Made by a program: the position numbers and the translations under genes
Notes under the pieces: model-generated
Databases searched by the model: none
What the model saw: only the letters and a program-made list of their open reading frames with translations
What the model was told of the DNA's origin: nothing
Source: Octopus vulgaris
Taxonomy: Eukaryota
NCBI GenBank assembly: GCA_951406725.2
Contig: OX597815.1
Span: 62,124,001 to 62,188,000 of the forward strand
Reading direction: 5' to 3'
DNA length: 64,000 nucleotides
Shown: in pieces, positions 1 through 14,824 of the stretch
Layout of the letters: each line of letters opens with the position of its first letter
Numbering within the stretch: position 1 is the first letter of the stretch

Positions 1-2697
1 CTGAAGTAGATATTTTTGCAGTCCTATGGTGGTTATTTTATAGTAGTTTTCCAGCTGTATAAGGCCTCTACCACCTTCTATACGTTGTATATATAGTCTT
101 TCTATGTCAGATTTTGGGTGATGCATCCTAGATCCTGTCATTATTTTTCTTGTTTTCCTGTCTATTTTGGTCAGTTCATTTCGTGTCCAGTTAAGGATAT
201 TGTAGCTGTAACTTATAACTGGGACAGCTAAAGTGTTGATACCTATTATCTTGTTTTTAGCATTGAGCTCTGTGTTTAGTATTGATCTAACTCGTCTATA
301 ATATTCTTTTTTATTTTCTCTTTCATTTGTGTGTGTTGTGTCTTATCTAGTTCATGGATTCCTAAGTATTTGTAAGTTTGGCTTTGGTCTAATTCTTTTA
401 TTTCATTTGCTTCATCTAGTGTGATGTTGTTACTCTTAACTAGTTTTCCTCTTTTCATGGTTACTTTGGCGCATTTTTCTAATCCAAATTTCATATCTAT
501 TTCTTTGGTAAATCCATGAACTGTCTTTAATAGTGTTTCCAGCTGTTTGTCATTTGCAGCGTATAGTTTTAGGTAATCCATATATAAAAGGTGGCTGATC
601 GTTTTGCCGTAACATTTATATCCGCATCCAGTTCTATTTAGCATATCAGATAGAGGTGACAGTGCCAAGCAGAAAAGGAGTGGAGAGAGCGTATCTCCCT
701 GGAATATTCCTCTTCTAATGGGGATGGCTTTGGTTTTCATGAGTCCCTCTTTTGTTTGGAGCTCTAGCACGGTTTGCCATTTATTCATAGAGTGCTCTAT
801 GAATTTTATGATTGTTGGTGCTACTTTGTTAATGGCTAGTGTTTCGAGGATCCATGTGTGGGGGATGCTATCAAACGCCTTTTTGTAGTCAATCCAGGCC
901 ATACTGAGGCCTTTCTTCTTTCTGTGGCTGTCTTCAGTTATGGCTTTATTAATCATTAGTTGATCTTTACAGCCATATGAGCCTTTGCGGCATCCTTTCT
1001 GCTCTTCTGGGAACAGTTTGTTTTCGTCCAGGTGCTTGTTCAGCCTTTGTGATATCACTGCAGTAAATGCCTTGAACATAGTAGGGAGGCAGGTTATTGG
1101 TCTGTAGTTTTCTGGTTTTTCTGTTTCATTTGATTTGGGAATTAAGATGGTTTTCCCCTTCGTGAGCCATTCAGGCATTGTCTCTGGCTCTGCTAGTACG
1201 TTGTTAAAGTTTTCAGCCAGCTTTTTGTGCATTCCTGTTAGATATTTCAACCAGAAGTTGGGGATCTTGTCATGCCCAGGTGCCTTCCAGTTGCTTAGTC
1301 TTTGCAGTGCCTGGGTGACCTCTTCAGTTGTTATGGGGGTCCAAGTTTGTTCAGATGCCGAGTTTGTTATTTTGATACTCCTTTTTTTTGGTGGTTCGTT
1401 CGCCGACCATATTTCTCCCCAGAATTCTTCCAATTCTTCTGCCGTTGGTGCTGCAGTGACTTCTATTTTATTTTTGCCCAGTTCTTGGTAGAACTTTTTG
1501 GGGTCGGAGTTGAACTTTTTGTTCTGTTCAAAGAAGCGTTGGCGTTTCTCGTACCGGCGGATCCTTTGAGCTTTGGCAAGGATATCTTGCTTCAGCTTTT
1601 CTTTTATCTCCGGCAAATCTTTTTCTGTGTTGTTATATTTGCGGAGTATTTTTGTTCTCTTTCTGTTGCTCAGTAGCGTTGCTTGTTTGCTGATTTCATT
1701 AAGAATCGACAGGTCTTTTCTAATTTTTTTAATTTTGTTTTGGATGTTATTTATCCACAGGGTTTGTTTGGGTGGTGGTACTCCTGTTCGGGCGGGTTTG
1801 GGTGAGTATCCAGCTTCTTTTGTGGCTGCAGTGGCTGCTGCGTATATCAAGTCATTTAGTTCGGTGATATCACTTTTTTTTGTTTCAGTGGCTAGTTCAG
1901 TGACGGCTAGGTTTATGTTGTTTATAATTGGTGTTGTTATTGCGTTTATTTTTATTCTTGGGAGGTATGGTCGGTGGTCCATTTTGAGCTCTGTGGTTTT
2001 TAGTTCTTTGATTATTTTATTTTTTATATTATCATAATCATTAGGCTCCCCTTCGTTGTTTACATCGTGTTTGTTGGGAATGTTGCGTTTGTCTTCGTGT
2101 TTTACAGTTTCAGTGTTTATATTATTGGGCATTGTTGTGTGGCTTCTATCTACATTTTCCTGGTGTATGTTTTCTTTTAGGTGTTCTATTTCTATTTCTG
2201 ATATTTTTTTTGTGTTGAGAATGTATCTTCGTACGTTAGCTAATTTATTAGGGTTCATTGCTGTATCCAAGTCTAAATCTCTATTATTTTCCTTCCATAA
2301 TTTATATGTATGTGTTGTTGTATTTTCATTTTTTGGGTAGAGTACTGCTGTGAAGTATGCGTGTAAGATAGAAATGTATTCCTCACGTGTCCATTTACGT
2401 CTTTTGGGTTTTATTTGCGGGACATGAGGTACAACGTCCGGCCCATTATTTTGACGGTCGTCATTTTCGTAGGGTACCGGTCCGTTTATTTCTGTTGTCA
2501 CATTATTTCGCACGTGTAGTTTTTCGTACATTTTTTGTTGTAGGTTTAATGTACGTACCGCTCGATTGTTATTCTTGGGTTGAATAGTATCGGTGGCATT
2601 TAATTTCTTCGTAGTTCCTTTGTACATGGTGTTTGGGGTCGGAGATGATCGTGATGTTTCACGCATGTTTACATGTGTTGCGTTAGAGGTGGAGATG
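1..2697 (-). mobile_element. R4/Dong-like non-LTR retrotransposon, copy A (5' UTR truncated; runs off the window at its 3' end)
   Basis: ORF 276..2666(-) has RT motifs KAPGHDKIPNFWLK, ENYRPITCL, DYKKAFDS, GIFQGDTLSP, YMDY, YKYLG. Downstream frames give the HHPKSDIERLY..GGRGL motif typical of the R4 clade. The 5' end abuts (TAA)n at 2698-2919. Frameshift near 300. Confidence 0.85.
276..2666 (-). pseudogene. Reverse transcriptase ORF of Dong-like copy A (796 aa; YMDY at the catalytic site; frameshifted at the C-terminus)
   Basis: Translation in the ORF track, with RT motifs in the expected order. Confidence 0.85.
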
Positions 2698-2919
<222 letters not shown>

Positions 2920-4149
2920 AGTTCTCGAGATGCAGAAGACTCCTTCCCCTTTATATTTGTTATAAATGTAGTTTATCATGTTTTGGGTGATGTATTCATT
3001 ACTTCATACTAATCAATCGTGTGGCCTTTTGTTGGATGTGGTCCTGGATTTCCCATTGCTTTTTGTATAGACTGTGAAAGATAAAATTAAATAATTTGTG
3101 TGTTATAAACTAATTGTTAAGTCAGACATTAATAATGACAAATGATTAAAGATGTATTAGCTAGGACCATCTTGTTTCATGTTGATTTCAGACACATTGT
3201 ATTTATGACATAACGTCCAATATATACTCACTTCGTTTTATAGAATAATGACTATGGTGAGGTATGAGGGGAACCTGACTGCTGTTTCTAAGAGAAGTAG
3301 TGATTTAGGCGCTTCCTCATGAAAGCGTTTCTAAAATGGTACCGAGTTTAAGGTAAACAACGGAAACGACTCTTCTTAATTATTTTACTATCTTCGGTCA
3401 TTGACACCATATTAAAGGGATTTTTGTTGATCATATCGACACTGACGCTTTATCGATTTATATTGATCGAATGACTAAGTTTGTGGGAAGAGGCGTAATT
3501 CAATGCACCGTTTTTGTTTGTTATTGATGCACAAACATATTACACACACACATCGCATGACACTCATACACTTATACACACACAAATATATGCATACATA
3601 CATGCACATACATACATACATACATACATACATACATACATACATACATACATACATACATACATACATACATACATACATACATACATAATACACATAC
3701 ACACTCATATGATGGATTTCTACACAGACACCATTTACGAATTCTACTCACAAATTATTGGTGAACCTGGAGCTATATTAGAAGACACACAACTTTTATT
3801 CTTTTAACTTTTAAACGATATGTTTCTGCGAGTTTTAAGGTTCCACTCAAAAGCATTCGCCTTTTACTTTGCTTCTAAGAAGACGCCATCTGGTGATCAA
3901 TATTAATACTATCGATATTCCGATTAGGGTAGTTTTTTTACAGTAAAATAAATTAAAATAACTGAAACTAAAAAAAGAAAATATATATACGATTTGAATA
4001 AAAAATGTCCACCCTTCATTTTCCCACATGTGTGTGTGCGCGCGCGTGCGTATGTCTGTGTGTGTTTGTGCGTGTGTATATATATATATATATATGTATG
4101 TATGAATATAAAAGAGTTGGATAGAGGGAGAAAAAGAAAGTGGGAGGGA

Positions 4150-4290
4150 GAGATGGCAATCCGTCGGTTACGACGACGTGTATTCCAGCTGATCCGCTCA
4201 GCGAAACAATCTGTTAAAATGCAAGTGGCTGACCACTCCACAGACATGCGTACCCTTAACGTAAGTTCACAGGGAGATTCAGCACCACAT
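4150..4290. mobile_element. Fragment of an interspersed SINE-like repeat
   Basis: GC-richer block (gctgatccg..caagtggctgaccactccacagac..cccttaacgta) between microsatellites. It resembles an abundant cephalopod repeat, from memory. Confidence 0.4.
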
Positions 4291-4318
4291 AGTGTATATA
4301 TATATATATATATATACA

Positions 4319-4355
<37 letters not shown>

Positions 4356-4423
4356 GTATGTATATGTATACATGTATATTTATGTATATATATATATATA
4401 TGTGTGTGTGTGTATATGTATAC

Positions 4424-4532
<109 letters not shown>

Positions 4533-4842
4533 GTGTGTGTGTGTGTAGTAAAAATTTAGATTCAGATCAATATGATGTTTAAGTCGAGGCACCAGGTTTT
4601 AGTACGGTATTATCCATACAATTTCAAAATATGGTGATTAAAATCTGTTTTGTGCAGCTGAAGATTGCTCTACATTTTAAATTGATCTTATGATTGCATT
4701 GTTCAATTAAATGGAGTTGCATGATACGATCGTACTGCATTATCTCTGGATATCCTTGTTGCTTATTTTGATTTATATATATATGAATTTGTGCTGCAAG
4801 ATTCCTGATGTGAAACCGTGTGTTGAAACAGTTATTGTTATA

Positions 4843-5246
4843 CTCTTTTACTCTTTTACTTGTTTCAGTCATTTGACTGCGGTCATATTGGAGCACCGCC
4901 TTTAGTCGACCAAATCCACCCCGGGACTTATTCTTTGTAAGCCCAGTACTTAATCTATCGGTCTCTTTTGCCGAACCGCTAAGTGACGGGGACGTAAACA
5001 CACCAGCATCGGTTGTCAAACGATGTTGGGGTGACAAACACAGGCACACACACACACATATATATATATATATACATATATACGACAGGCTTCTTTCAGT
5101 TTCCGTCTACCAAATCCACTCACAAGGCATTGGTCGGCCCGGTGCTATAGCAGAAGACACTTGCCCAAGATGCCACGCCTTGGTACTAAACGCGGAACCA
5201 TGTGGTTGGTTAGCAAGCTATTTACCACACAGCCACTCCTGCGCCT
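4843..5246 (-). mobile_element. tRNA-derived SINE (family A) with an internal (CA)n/(TA)n tract
   Basis: The minus-strand head GGCGCAGGAGTGGCTGTGTGG has A-box- and B-box-like motifs. The same body recurs at 7565, 22445, 45400 and 55690. Confidence 0.85.
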
Positions 5247-6039
5247 ATTTGGGAATATATATTTGGGAATAGTAATTTTTGTTTTGCCAAATAAACACAC
5301 GCGCTATATATTCATTCATTCTTCACTCGTTTATTACTGTTCTTATTCTAACATCTATGACCTCATCAGCGATACTTTCCCTCTTCGTGTGTGCTCTTGC
5401 TCTGCTTATTCTATTTTCTTAAAGTTGGAGTATGGATTGTTCTTCCGAACCGATTGTTGTATCGCCATAGATGATTACTTTATTGGCCATTAGTGACGCG
5501 TTTGCCATATATATCCCATTAGTCTTATTCTGGTACCTCCGTTTTTCTTCCTGATGAATTTTACATTGTGCTTTATACCTAATCCATGCGAATTTTTTGT
5601 TAAGTGTTGATCGCATATGCGTCTCCTTGGTGTATGATGTCCATTAAAGTTGTTGGTGTGGTGATGTACTTTACCTCCCGCAATAACCCGCGTTTGCTTT
5701 TTTCTAGTTGCGTTTTTCTAAGTCTGTATAAATTCTCTTCTGTTAAACATTAGTCGTTTTTTCAGGCTTTCAACCTGCCCACTTGTTAGTTATAGTTTTT
5801 CCACCTTGTTAGTGACCATGTTAGTGTTTGTTCTGGAGAAGACACACAGTTTTACGAAGTGAATTTGTTGTGTTGCGATGATCTTCTTAAGACAACAAAA
5901 TATAGTGTTCTTCATCTTGCTAGCCTGGCTGAGGCTCGCGTCATTAAGTTTATGAATTTGTTTTGTATCGTGTAGTTTATTGCAATAACTCCTTGTAAAT
6001 GCATGGTGAATCGAAGAGATAGTATCCTACTTGAATGGC

Positions 6040-6466
6040 TAGGGGATATCCAAAAGGAACCGAAATTTTGCAATATTATTTTATTCACTTAGTTTTATAT
6101 GTTTATACTTTTATCGCCTTCAAAGTGTTCTCCATTTGAAGCAATGCACCAATCCAGACACGTTTTGTACAGTTCGAAGCAGTGCTGGAGCTCTTGCAAA
6201 GTGGTGCTTTTTAACGCCTCCGTCGATTTTTCATTTCATCTCTTCCACATCTGCAAATTCTGTAGCACCGTCTTTCGTCACACCAGTGATGAGTTTCGAA
6301 AAAAAAGTCCGGATCAATTTCCAACTGTTATTTGAGTTCACGACAAGCATTCAGTCCTGACTGCTTTCCATCTTCCGTGAACAAACGAGGCACATTTTTT
6401 TTTTACTTATGGCAGTGCCCTTGTAAGCTGTTTGAGGCATGACAACTGTTTGTGTACCCCCTCGTA
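6040..6466 (-). mobile_element. Mariner-derived deletion remnant
   Basis: Degenerate mariner-type termini (taggggatatcc.. / ..cccctcgta) and the typical mariner 3'-end sequence ccttcaaagt..ctccattt. Confidence 0.5.
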
Positions 6467-7564
6467 CAACTTTCACGTTATGGTATAAATTATAATGATC
6501 ATTAGTAGATTGTGGGTAAGGTTATATGCTTGTGATTTGTTATCGATAAGGTTTCTAATTTTATTCTGTTTGTAGACTCAACCTGTCTCCCGGTTTAACA
6601 CCATCACTGGCACCTTTGTTGTCTTTAGCGGAGCGTACTCTCTTGGAGAGGGCCAAGTTTGTGGTTTGAGGATTCTTTTCCCCCCTTCTTCCTACCAGCC
6701 TCGGTAAAACTGCAAACAGTCATGAGCACTATATTCCCTCTAGACTAAATTAGCTTGTTCAGTGTAATTCTAAACTGAATCTCATTTATGAAGCTTCATA
6801 ACCCATTGGCTTTGTCGTTGTGTAAATTGATATTAATCCTTGTAAAATATTCCTTTTTAATAACCATCGCAAATGAATTAGTTTCATAATTTTTACATAC
6901 TGGAACGGTAGCGATACTTTTTAAAATCCTCTTCAGAAATTACCTAAGCTAGGTATCAAATATTTGCTTATTGTGGTGTGAGTATTAATTTTGATTACAC
7001 CTACCTCGGAGTAAGTCTCGTAGATCATCGTTTATTTTTATAATGTGAGGTTTTCAATGGTTTGGAAGAGTAGTTGGATATCTAACTTAATCTTTGAATT
7101 CCTTTTGACGAAGGGAGATGCAGGTCTGAACTTTTCTGTTACAAACAAATTCCAAAGAACTCAGAAAAATACGTGCGAGAAAGCTGGGTTCAATTAAAAT
7201 AATTACACATACATCGCTTCCAGAGAAATTTCTAAATAAAAATTCAGTGTCTCTCATCTCTAGTTGTTGGGTGCCCGTTCATTCTTCTAAGTTCACTCGT
7301 CTTTTAATCGGGTTTGTTTACCATCCGTCAGGATTTCCAACAGAAACCACCCTCTTTACCAATCAGGCTTGGGATGGTTGCCGATTTGGTCACTTACGGC
7401 ATGGCCATGTGTAATGGGTTAAATGTTACCTGTAGCACTAAGTGTGACCGGACATATAAGCCATTGTATGTTCCAAGATTACTGAAAAAATCAAAAAGAA
7501 AACAGAAATAGTAATTTATCAATGATGGTCCCACTCCTCTAACGAGTCGACAGGCATCATATAT

Positions 7565-7744
7565 CTTGTTTCAGTCATTTGACTGTGGCCATGCTGGAGC
7601 GCCGCCTTGAAGGGTTTCCTTTTTAAGTCGAAGAAATCGACACCACGACATATTCTTTGTAAGCCGAGTACTTATTCTATCGGTCACTTTTGCCGAACTG
7701 CTAGATTACAGGGAGGTAAACACACTAGAACCATCGCAGACACA

Positions 7745-7800
<56 letters not shown>

Positions 7801-7846
7801 TACACACAGAGATATATATGCGTGTACATATATATATGTGTATGTG

Positions 7847-7880
<34 letters not shown>

Positions 7881-8030
7881 CGACGAGCTTCTTCCAGCTT
7901 CCGTCAACCAAATCTACTCGCAAGGCTTTTGTCAGCTCGAGGCTATAGTAGAAGACACTTGCCCAAGGTGCCATGAGGTGAGAGTGAACCCGGAACCATG
8001 TGGTTTGAAAGCAAGCTTCTTACCACGCAG
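7565..8030 (-). mobile_element. SINE family A copy
   Basis: Similar to 4843-5246, including the central microsatellite. Confidence 0.85.
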
Positions 8031-8129
8031 GCACGATCTTTCATCTTTTATTGATTTCAGTCAGAGGCTGAGGCCATGCTGGGGCACTGCCTTTCAATGT
8101 GAATGGGTTTCTTTTCTGAATTGTTACTA

Positions 8130-8540
8130 GTTACATAGTGAGTTAGACAGAGCTGTTTTTTGTGTCTTCAACCGCGATGTAGATTCATCTAGTATCTCAG
8201 AAAAAAAAATTTGTACAGACGCTCTTTGAAGACCTCCACAGCTACAACTTATAAATTTCTGAGGCTTTTTGGCAGAATGTTGAATAGTCGTGGACCCCTG
8301 AAACCCAAGATGTTACAGTACTGGATCCTTATTCTAGAGGGAGAAGACGCGAGCTTTGGTACTATACAGTGTCGTTCTGTTCGGTGGTTGGTATAGCTTT
8401 CAATCTAAAGTTAGGTGCTAAACCTTCCAGGAAAGTATCCATGTTTATACCGCTGCATATCTTTCACAAGTTCTTCCTAGGGTGTAGAGCTTTAATTCCT
8501 TTAACCCTGCCCAGTAGCTCATCAATGAGTCAATCCTTAT
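8130..8540 (-). mobile_element. CR1-like LINE 3' fragment
   Basis: The minus strand encodes RLKELKLYTL and GPRLFNILPKSLRN, characteristic of the C-terminus of CR1-group ORF2. Confidence 0.65.
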
Positions 8541-8627
8541 GGATTTCGTCAAGTTCAGTCAAGTTTGACGCTTTGTGGTGAGTGTGTGACTGTATGTATG
8601 AATGTATAAGCGTGAATCGGTGTGTGA

Positions 8628-8685
<58 letters not shown>

Positions 8686-8893
8686 CATAAACACACAAAT
8701 ACACAGACATACACATATATACATATACATATACATATACATATATATATATATATACATATATATGTATATGCATATATATTATATTAAATTAGAGACA
8801 AAACCACTATTAGGCAAATCAAACAATGAAAAACTTAAGCCAATACATATGATTAATTTATATTATTTAAATATATATTTAAATATTATTTAA

Positions 8894-8947
<54 letters not shown>

Positions 8948-9231
8948 GCATGTACTTACATGCACACACGTATATATATATATATACGCACTCACACACA
9001 CACCTACTGATTACACGTGTGCTTCAGATTAGAATACTCAGCTTATATAGAAACGTGTTATTTGTCACAGAGTGCTCAATGAATAATTAAAAATTAATTA
9101 GAGCAACACTGCTTACATACATATATATATGTATATACACATATATATGAATATACGCCCTTATGTATGTCTGTGTGTACATGTGATGTACGTATGTGAG
9201 AGTGTCTGCGCGCGCGTGTGTGTGTGAGTTT

Positions 9232-9271
<40 letters not shown>

Positions 9272-9516
9272 TGTATAATTCTGCTCAGTTAAAACCGTAC
9301 TAACAAAGTTTCCAGAAATGAACCTGATAACCTTCGATGAATCACTTTTCATTTTTAGTTGTTCGACTGTTTATTTACTTTGTAACAGTCCCAGAGCGAA
9401 CCCACCAGAACAAGGCAACAGCAGCAACAGGTGCAACAGCGAAGTCAATAACATCAGCAACAGCAATAATGGTGACGATCACATCAGGAGTTATATACTG
9501 GAAAGAGCCAAACGCA

Positions 9517-9582
<66 letters not shown>

Positions 9583-9718
9583 GTTGCTATCGCTGGTCCT
9601 GCTGCTGCTGCTACTACCAATTAAAACCTATTATTGATTCCACTTTTGAAAATCTTATATCATTTTCGTCTGTCTGTGTTTCTGAGTACACAACGACAGA
9701 TTGGGTTATATATATATA

Positions 9719-9782
<64 letters not shown>

Positions 9783-9849
9783 TATATACATATATTTGCT
9801 TAATGTATATACGTTTGCAGATATGGCACAGGACGTGACAAAACGTAAA

Positions 9850-10783
9850 CAACATGAAATACGAAATACAAAAACAAGGAATACGAACTCTTTTGCGATC
9901 AACGAATGAAGCAAATGGAAAACAAAACAAGCAACACAAAGAGCGATCCTTGATCAGTTGTCGGCTGTTTTTCGAATACGTATTTCTAACAATTCACGAC
10001 AAGATACGCCTTCGACAAAACAGTTGCTCCCGCAAAGCGAATTAAATAAAATTTGGGATTTTATGGAGGGTCAAAATTGGTAACAAAAACAGGACTGTGA
10101 AAACAAACAAGAAGGGCTGCTAAGCCTAAACGAAGTGAAGTGGCGAACGCTGGAGGAACAAGTTGCAGCAGGAGACAGACAAGAATGTTTTTGATCCTTG
10201 CAGCTGATCGGAAGGAAAGAAAGAAATTCAAGTTCGGAAAAAGAAGATGGCCGATTGTCACGCACGAGCAACGTGAGAGCAAAGGAAGAAAATTTACGAA
10301 GACAGGGACAGACAGAGAACGGCGAAGGGTAGAGGAAAAGAATTAGAGAAAAGATGAGAGGGAAAAAAACGAAAGGGGGAAAAGGGGAGATAAAAAGAAT
10401 TAGAGAAAGGAAGAGAGAGGAAACGAAAGGGGAAAGAGAAATAGAAATAGGAATAGGGATAGTAATAGAAATAGTGTCGCATCGAAATCATTAAGGTAAA
10501 ACTTACTTGGAAATGGATGCGTGGCGTTCAATCATATAATAATATAAATAATATATATATAGGGAGAGTTTACGAAAGAAACAAAAGACGAAGACAGGTG
10601 GTGTACGAAACAAACAGATGTATTCGTATGACGCTCAGGAATAGAAAAAAGTCTTTTACGTTTCGAGCCTACGCTCTTCTACAGAAAGGGACACAGAAAA
10701 AACAAGGAGAGAAACAAAGAGAGAAAAAAAGGAGAGAAAAATGTGTGTAGTGGCTAACGATCTATCATGGCGACAGGAAAATA

Positions 10784-10790
<7 letters not shown>
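9850..10790 (-). mobile_element. Degenerate Penelope-like fragment with a pLTR-type end
   Basis: 10562-10780(-) is homologous to the terminal region of the elements ending at 19861 and 32431. The peptide LFPNLNFFLSFRSAARIKNILV resembles LFPNRPLPSFKRAHNLRDLLV of the 29.5-kb element. Confidence 0.6.
10652..10689 (-). ncRNA. Minimal type I hammerhead ribozyme variant (Penelope pLTR)
   Basis: CUUU-CUGUAGAA-GAGC(GUAG)GCUC-GAAAC-GUA-AAAG. Confidence 0.7.
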
Positions 10791-10820
<30 letters not shown>

Positions 10821-10834
10821 TATACACATATATG

Positions 10835-10928
<94 letters not shown>

Positions 10929-10939
10929 CACAACTCTGT

Positions 10940-11290
10940 CCGCTCGGTGGTTTCTGTTTACGCTATAATGTAGTATACAAATGCCGGGTAATAACATTAC
11001 AGTGCCACCAAGCAAAGGTATACATTGTTGGCATTGTTGATGTCAAGCGCCGTTACTGGGTCGACGTAAATTCATTTTCAATTCGAGCCTCTAAATTCTC
11101 CACCTCCCTAGCAGCATATATGCAGAATCTCAAGGTCTGGAGACTGTTCTATAGTCTGTGCGGTTTCCCATACAATACTAACCTCTGTGTGTGTAAATTG
11201 TGTCTAAGGGAATCGCTCACTATCATTCACCACTGCAATCCCTCATTACTCAAAAGATTGTCTTATGTAATTTTTTCGTGTAAGCATAGA
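10940..11290 (+). pseudogene. GIY-YIG endonuclease remnant of a Naiad-like Penelope element
   Basis: NVVYKC..KVYIVG..KRRY..SF..STSLAAY..PYNT..CKLCLRESLTII..LL..SCKHR within ORF 10832..11497. Confidence 0.7.
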
Positions 11291-11769
11291 TATTATTCCT
11301 CGTCTGCCCATTACTTAAAGTTTCTAATTTATTCTAATTACGATTCAGTTAACTTATCAATTAGCTTTCTATTAGTCTCCTTGTACCTTTCTTTATGCTT
11401 CAGTGTACCTTCGACTGCCACTACCGCGCTCTCATTCCCCTTACCCTTTTCCTGCTTCTTTTTGGCTTCATCTATAACCACATCCCTAATTATTTAAAAA
11501 TTTTCTCCTCTCTCTCGTCCTTCTGAGTCACCACTTCCACTTCTATTCAACAATCCGGTTACTTACCTCTCCCTCCCTCTCCCCGCCTTGTATTTGTTAT
11601 CTCTGTTTGCCCTTCCTCTACTTTTCCACTCTCCCTCCCTAAGCTACCTACTTTCCCCTCTCCCTGCATTTTACTTCTCACTTTCTCTTCTTCCATTCAT
11701 CCTTTAAATCTCTCGCACCAAGGAAACCGGTACATACATGTATTCGCAGGCAGTATCTAGCTTGTTAAT

Positions 11770-11880
11770 ATCAGGAAGCGAATGGTTACATCGAAAAACG
11801 AAGCAGTGGCAATTTCTGCTATCACCAGAGACATTAACAGATCAAAGAGTGTTGTTTCAAGAATACTGAAGCTTTATGAA
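11770..11880 (+). mobile_element. Tc1-like transposase N-terminal HTH fragment
   Basis: Reads IRKRMVTSKNEAVAISAITRDINRSKSVVSRILKLYE. Confidence 0.5.
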
Positions 11881-11884
11881 GAAA

Positions 11885-13790
11885 GAAGCTCATTTCTGTC
11901 ATTAGAAAATTGGCATTTGCTGGATATAGTGTTGTAGAGACTCGCGTGTCTAAGTATGGACCATGTAAGGTCGTATTTTGTTTTTGCTTCCTTAAGTCGC
12001 CTGAAAAAATCGGCCAGTGATGCTACATGTCGTTTGAGGATATTTTGAAAGCTGGAGACGTGGTTGCGGTATCGATTTTTGAACAAAATCTGCTTATGCC
12101 CCGATATATACGTAGGGGCTTCCTCGAGTATTTATAGTGCACTTGTTTACGACTTTCTTAGTCATACATTGGTTATCCAAACGGCAATTGGATCTATCTC
12201 TGCATGAGCATAACGATTTGATTTTGGTGGCTCGTGTACATCGAGCGCTGGAAGGATTGGTTCTGTTCGGTATTTTGGTTGCTACTATTATCGTTTTATT
12301 ATCCTTAGGTGTTCTCAGTTCATTATTTAAATTGTTGCTGGTGTTGTTTTTAGGATGGTTATCATGGATATTGTAAGTATTGCTCTGTTGATTGGTAGTA
12401 TAATTTGAGTTATAAACGTTGTCTTTAGGCTGGTCGTATGAGTTATGGTTAATGTCAAGAAGGTTATTTTGAGTCTGACTAATCTCCGTCTCAGTTTACG
12501 GTTGTTAATCCTATGAATATGGTGCTCTAAGTTTGATGAATTTGCATAGGATAGTTTTATAGGATGACGGTTAAATATTTTGCTGTACACCCCATTTTTA
12601 GGGAAGCAGCAATTAAGTGCGATGAAAAATTGTTTCACGATATTAGATGAGATGTTGAAGTTCCAGATTGGGATATACCAAAGGACGTCATGGTTTTGGG
12701 TGGTTGGAGCAATAACTGAATTTTGTGGCAATAGTTGTTTAATTTGTCTATTATAAGTTTTCTTTAACTCATGGTTGATTCTAGTGTGTCTGGGTTTGGT
12801 TAGTCTTAACTTATGGTTTGGGATTCTATTATCCAGGTTTTTGATATTGTTTTTGTAGTTATTGTTGTGTTTGGCAAAGTTGTTATAATGAATGGTATTA
12901 TTACTAGTTGAGTTATAAGAGTTATTATTATTATTACTGTTGCTATTGGCATATTGTATCCGGCCTTCGCTAAGGCTGAGTTATAAATAAGGTGCCTGTA
13001 TGTTGAATATATTTCATTTGCGGATAACCTGTATATTCTAGCCGAGATGTTGTTAATAAGTCCCCTAATTATTGATGGTGGATGATTAGGTCCAGCATTG
13101 ATGTGTTTTAGGTTCTCATTAGGTTTATGGAACGGTTCGTGTAGACCAGTATCCAAGTCAAAAGTAGCATCTAAAAAGTTGACTCTACGGTATTCATTGA
13201 TTATAGTGAGAGAGAGTCCATTATTTATAAAAAAATTTAAATAAAGATTTTTGTACTTTTCGTGTACTTTGCTACATCTATGTAGGAAGAATTAGACGTC
13301 ATCTCTGTATAGGCCTCCATTCAATCCAGGAATAGATAATTGTATCTGGGATAGGATGTAAATTCCTACAATGTTAGTTACTTCTGAAGAATCAAATGAT
13401 CCCATAGCTATGTCAAACGCATCTGGAGTGTCAGACCTATTCCATAAATTGTTATCATAATCTAACAAGGTTCCTCGTGCAGCTAATTTCTAGCAAAGAT
13501 TAAAGCCTTATTTAACAGGATAGGGTTGATATTGGCATAATACCCTTCTATGTCTAGTTGAATGAATTTGCTTTGTTTGCTTCTTATTAAGTGGTTCAAC
13601 CATCCGATTATTGTTGGGTGTCGGACCATAGTGCTAGGGTATTTCTAGATCGAAGTTTGGGTATAATCCTATCTAATATTGTCTTACTTATACTCCCGAT
13701 ATCAGATTTTGAGGGACAGATTAATCTAACAGAGGCAGCGATACGGAAGTTTGGCTTGTGATCATTTAGTTGTATTCGAGGTTTGCGTGG
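11885..13790 (-). mobile_element. Degenerate Naiad-like Penelope element (RT + GIY-YIG, many stops and frameshifts)
   Basis: Fragments DHKPNF..VRLICPSKSDIGSISKTILDRI, PFHKPNENLKHINAGPNHPPSII, VLWYIP..FPKN..KIFNRHPIKLSY, FKNRYRNH..WSIL occur in collinear order. Confidence 0.8.
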
Positions 13791-14310
13791 TACATAAGGT
13801 TCATATATATGTGCGCGTGCTTGTGTGTATATGTATATACGTGTAGAGATATACATGTCTACATCCCTATCGGCGCGCACTTGCGTTGTTTATACGTATA
13901 TGTATATATTAATTTAAATTTGTGTATACGAGTGCATGGGCGAATGTTTATGTGTATACGCATACATATATTTATATGTGTGTGTGTATGTGTATATGTA
14001 TATGTGTGTATATATTTACTTATTTGTATACGCGAGTGTATTACCACGTGTGCGTATTTCAAACTTTGCACAGACGTCTGTATATTGCTTTACTTACGAA
14101 TATCTGCATATATTTATCTACGCTATGTGCGTATGTTTATGTATATATGCGCGTGTGTGCCTGTATATATTTGATCCTATACATATATGTATGTATGTAT
14201 TCGTCAATACGTGTGCGTATGCACGTGTATCATGTTGCACGTATACACCCATATATTTGGATGTGCGTGTGTGAGCGCGTATGTATAAGTGCGTATATAT
14301 ATATATGTAC

Positions 14311-14345
<35 letters not shown>

Positions 14346-14782
14346 TGTATGTATGTATGTATGTATATATATTTGTATATGTATATGTATCTGTGTATGT
14401 ATATGTGCATATGAACCCAACCCGAATACAAAAAAAAATTCGTCTTAGTATTATCTTCCTTTCTACTTCCTTTTCAACACCTATAGCTGATTACGTCATT
14501 TTCTCTCAACTAGAATTTTCACGTTTCTATTTGAATTTTTCGCGTTTCAACTTTTCTCTGTTTTTTACTCATTCCCAAAGTTGACGGACATTTAGCGACA
14601 AGTAAAACCGAATCACTAGTGAGACTTTTTATCTTTTTACCAATTTATGTTCCCGAAGAGACACAGAACTGGTCCAAACATGTGTCGTACTAAATAAATT
14701 TTTTTCCATCTATTTTATTAATAAATTTTATATATATATATACAAATATATATACATATATGCATACATACACATATATATG

Positions 14783-14824
<42 letters not shown>

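Noticed and set aside
5340-7130. Additional minus-strand retroelement remnants, also 44650-45130 and 49600-50300
   Set aside because: Composition suggests decayed transposons, but no motif was clear enough to assign.
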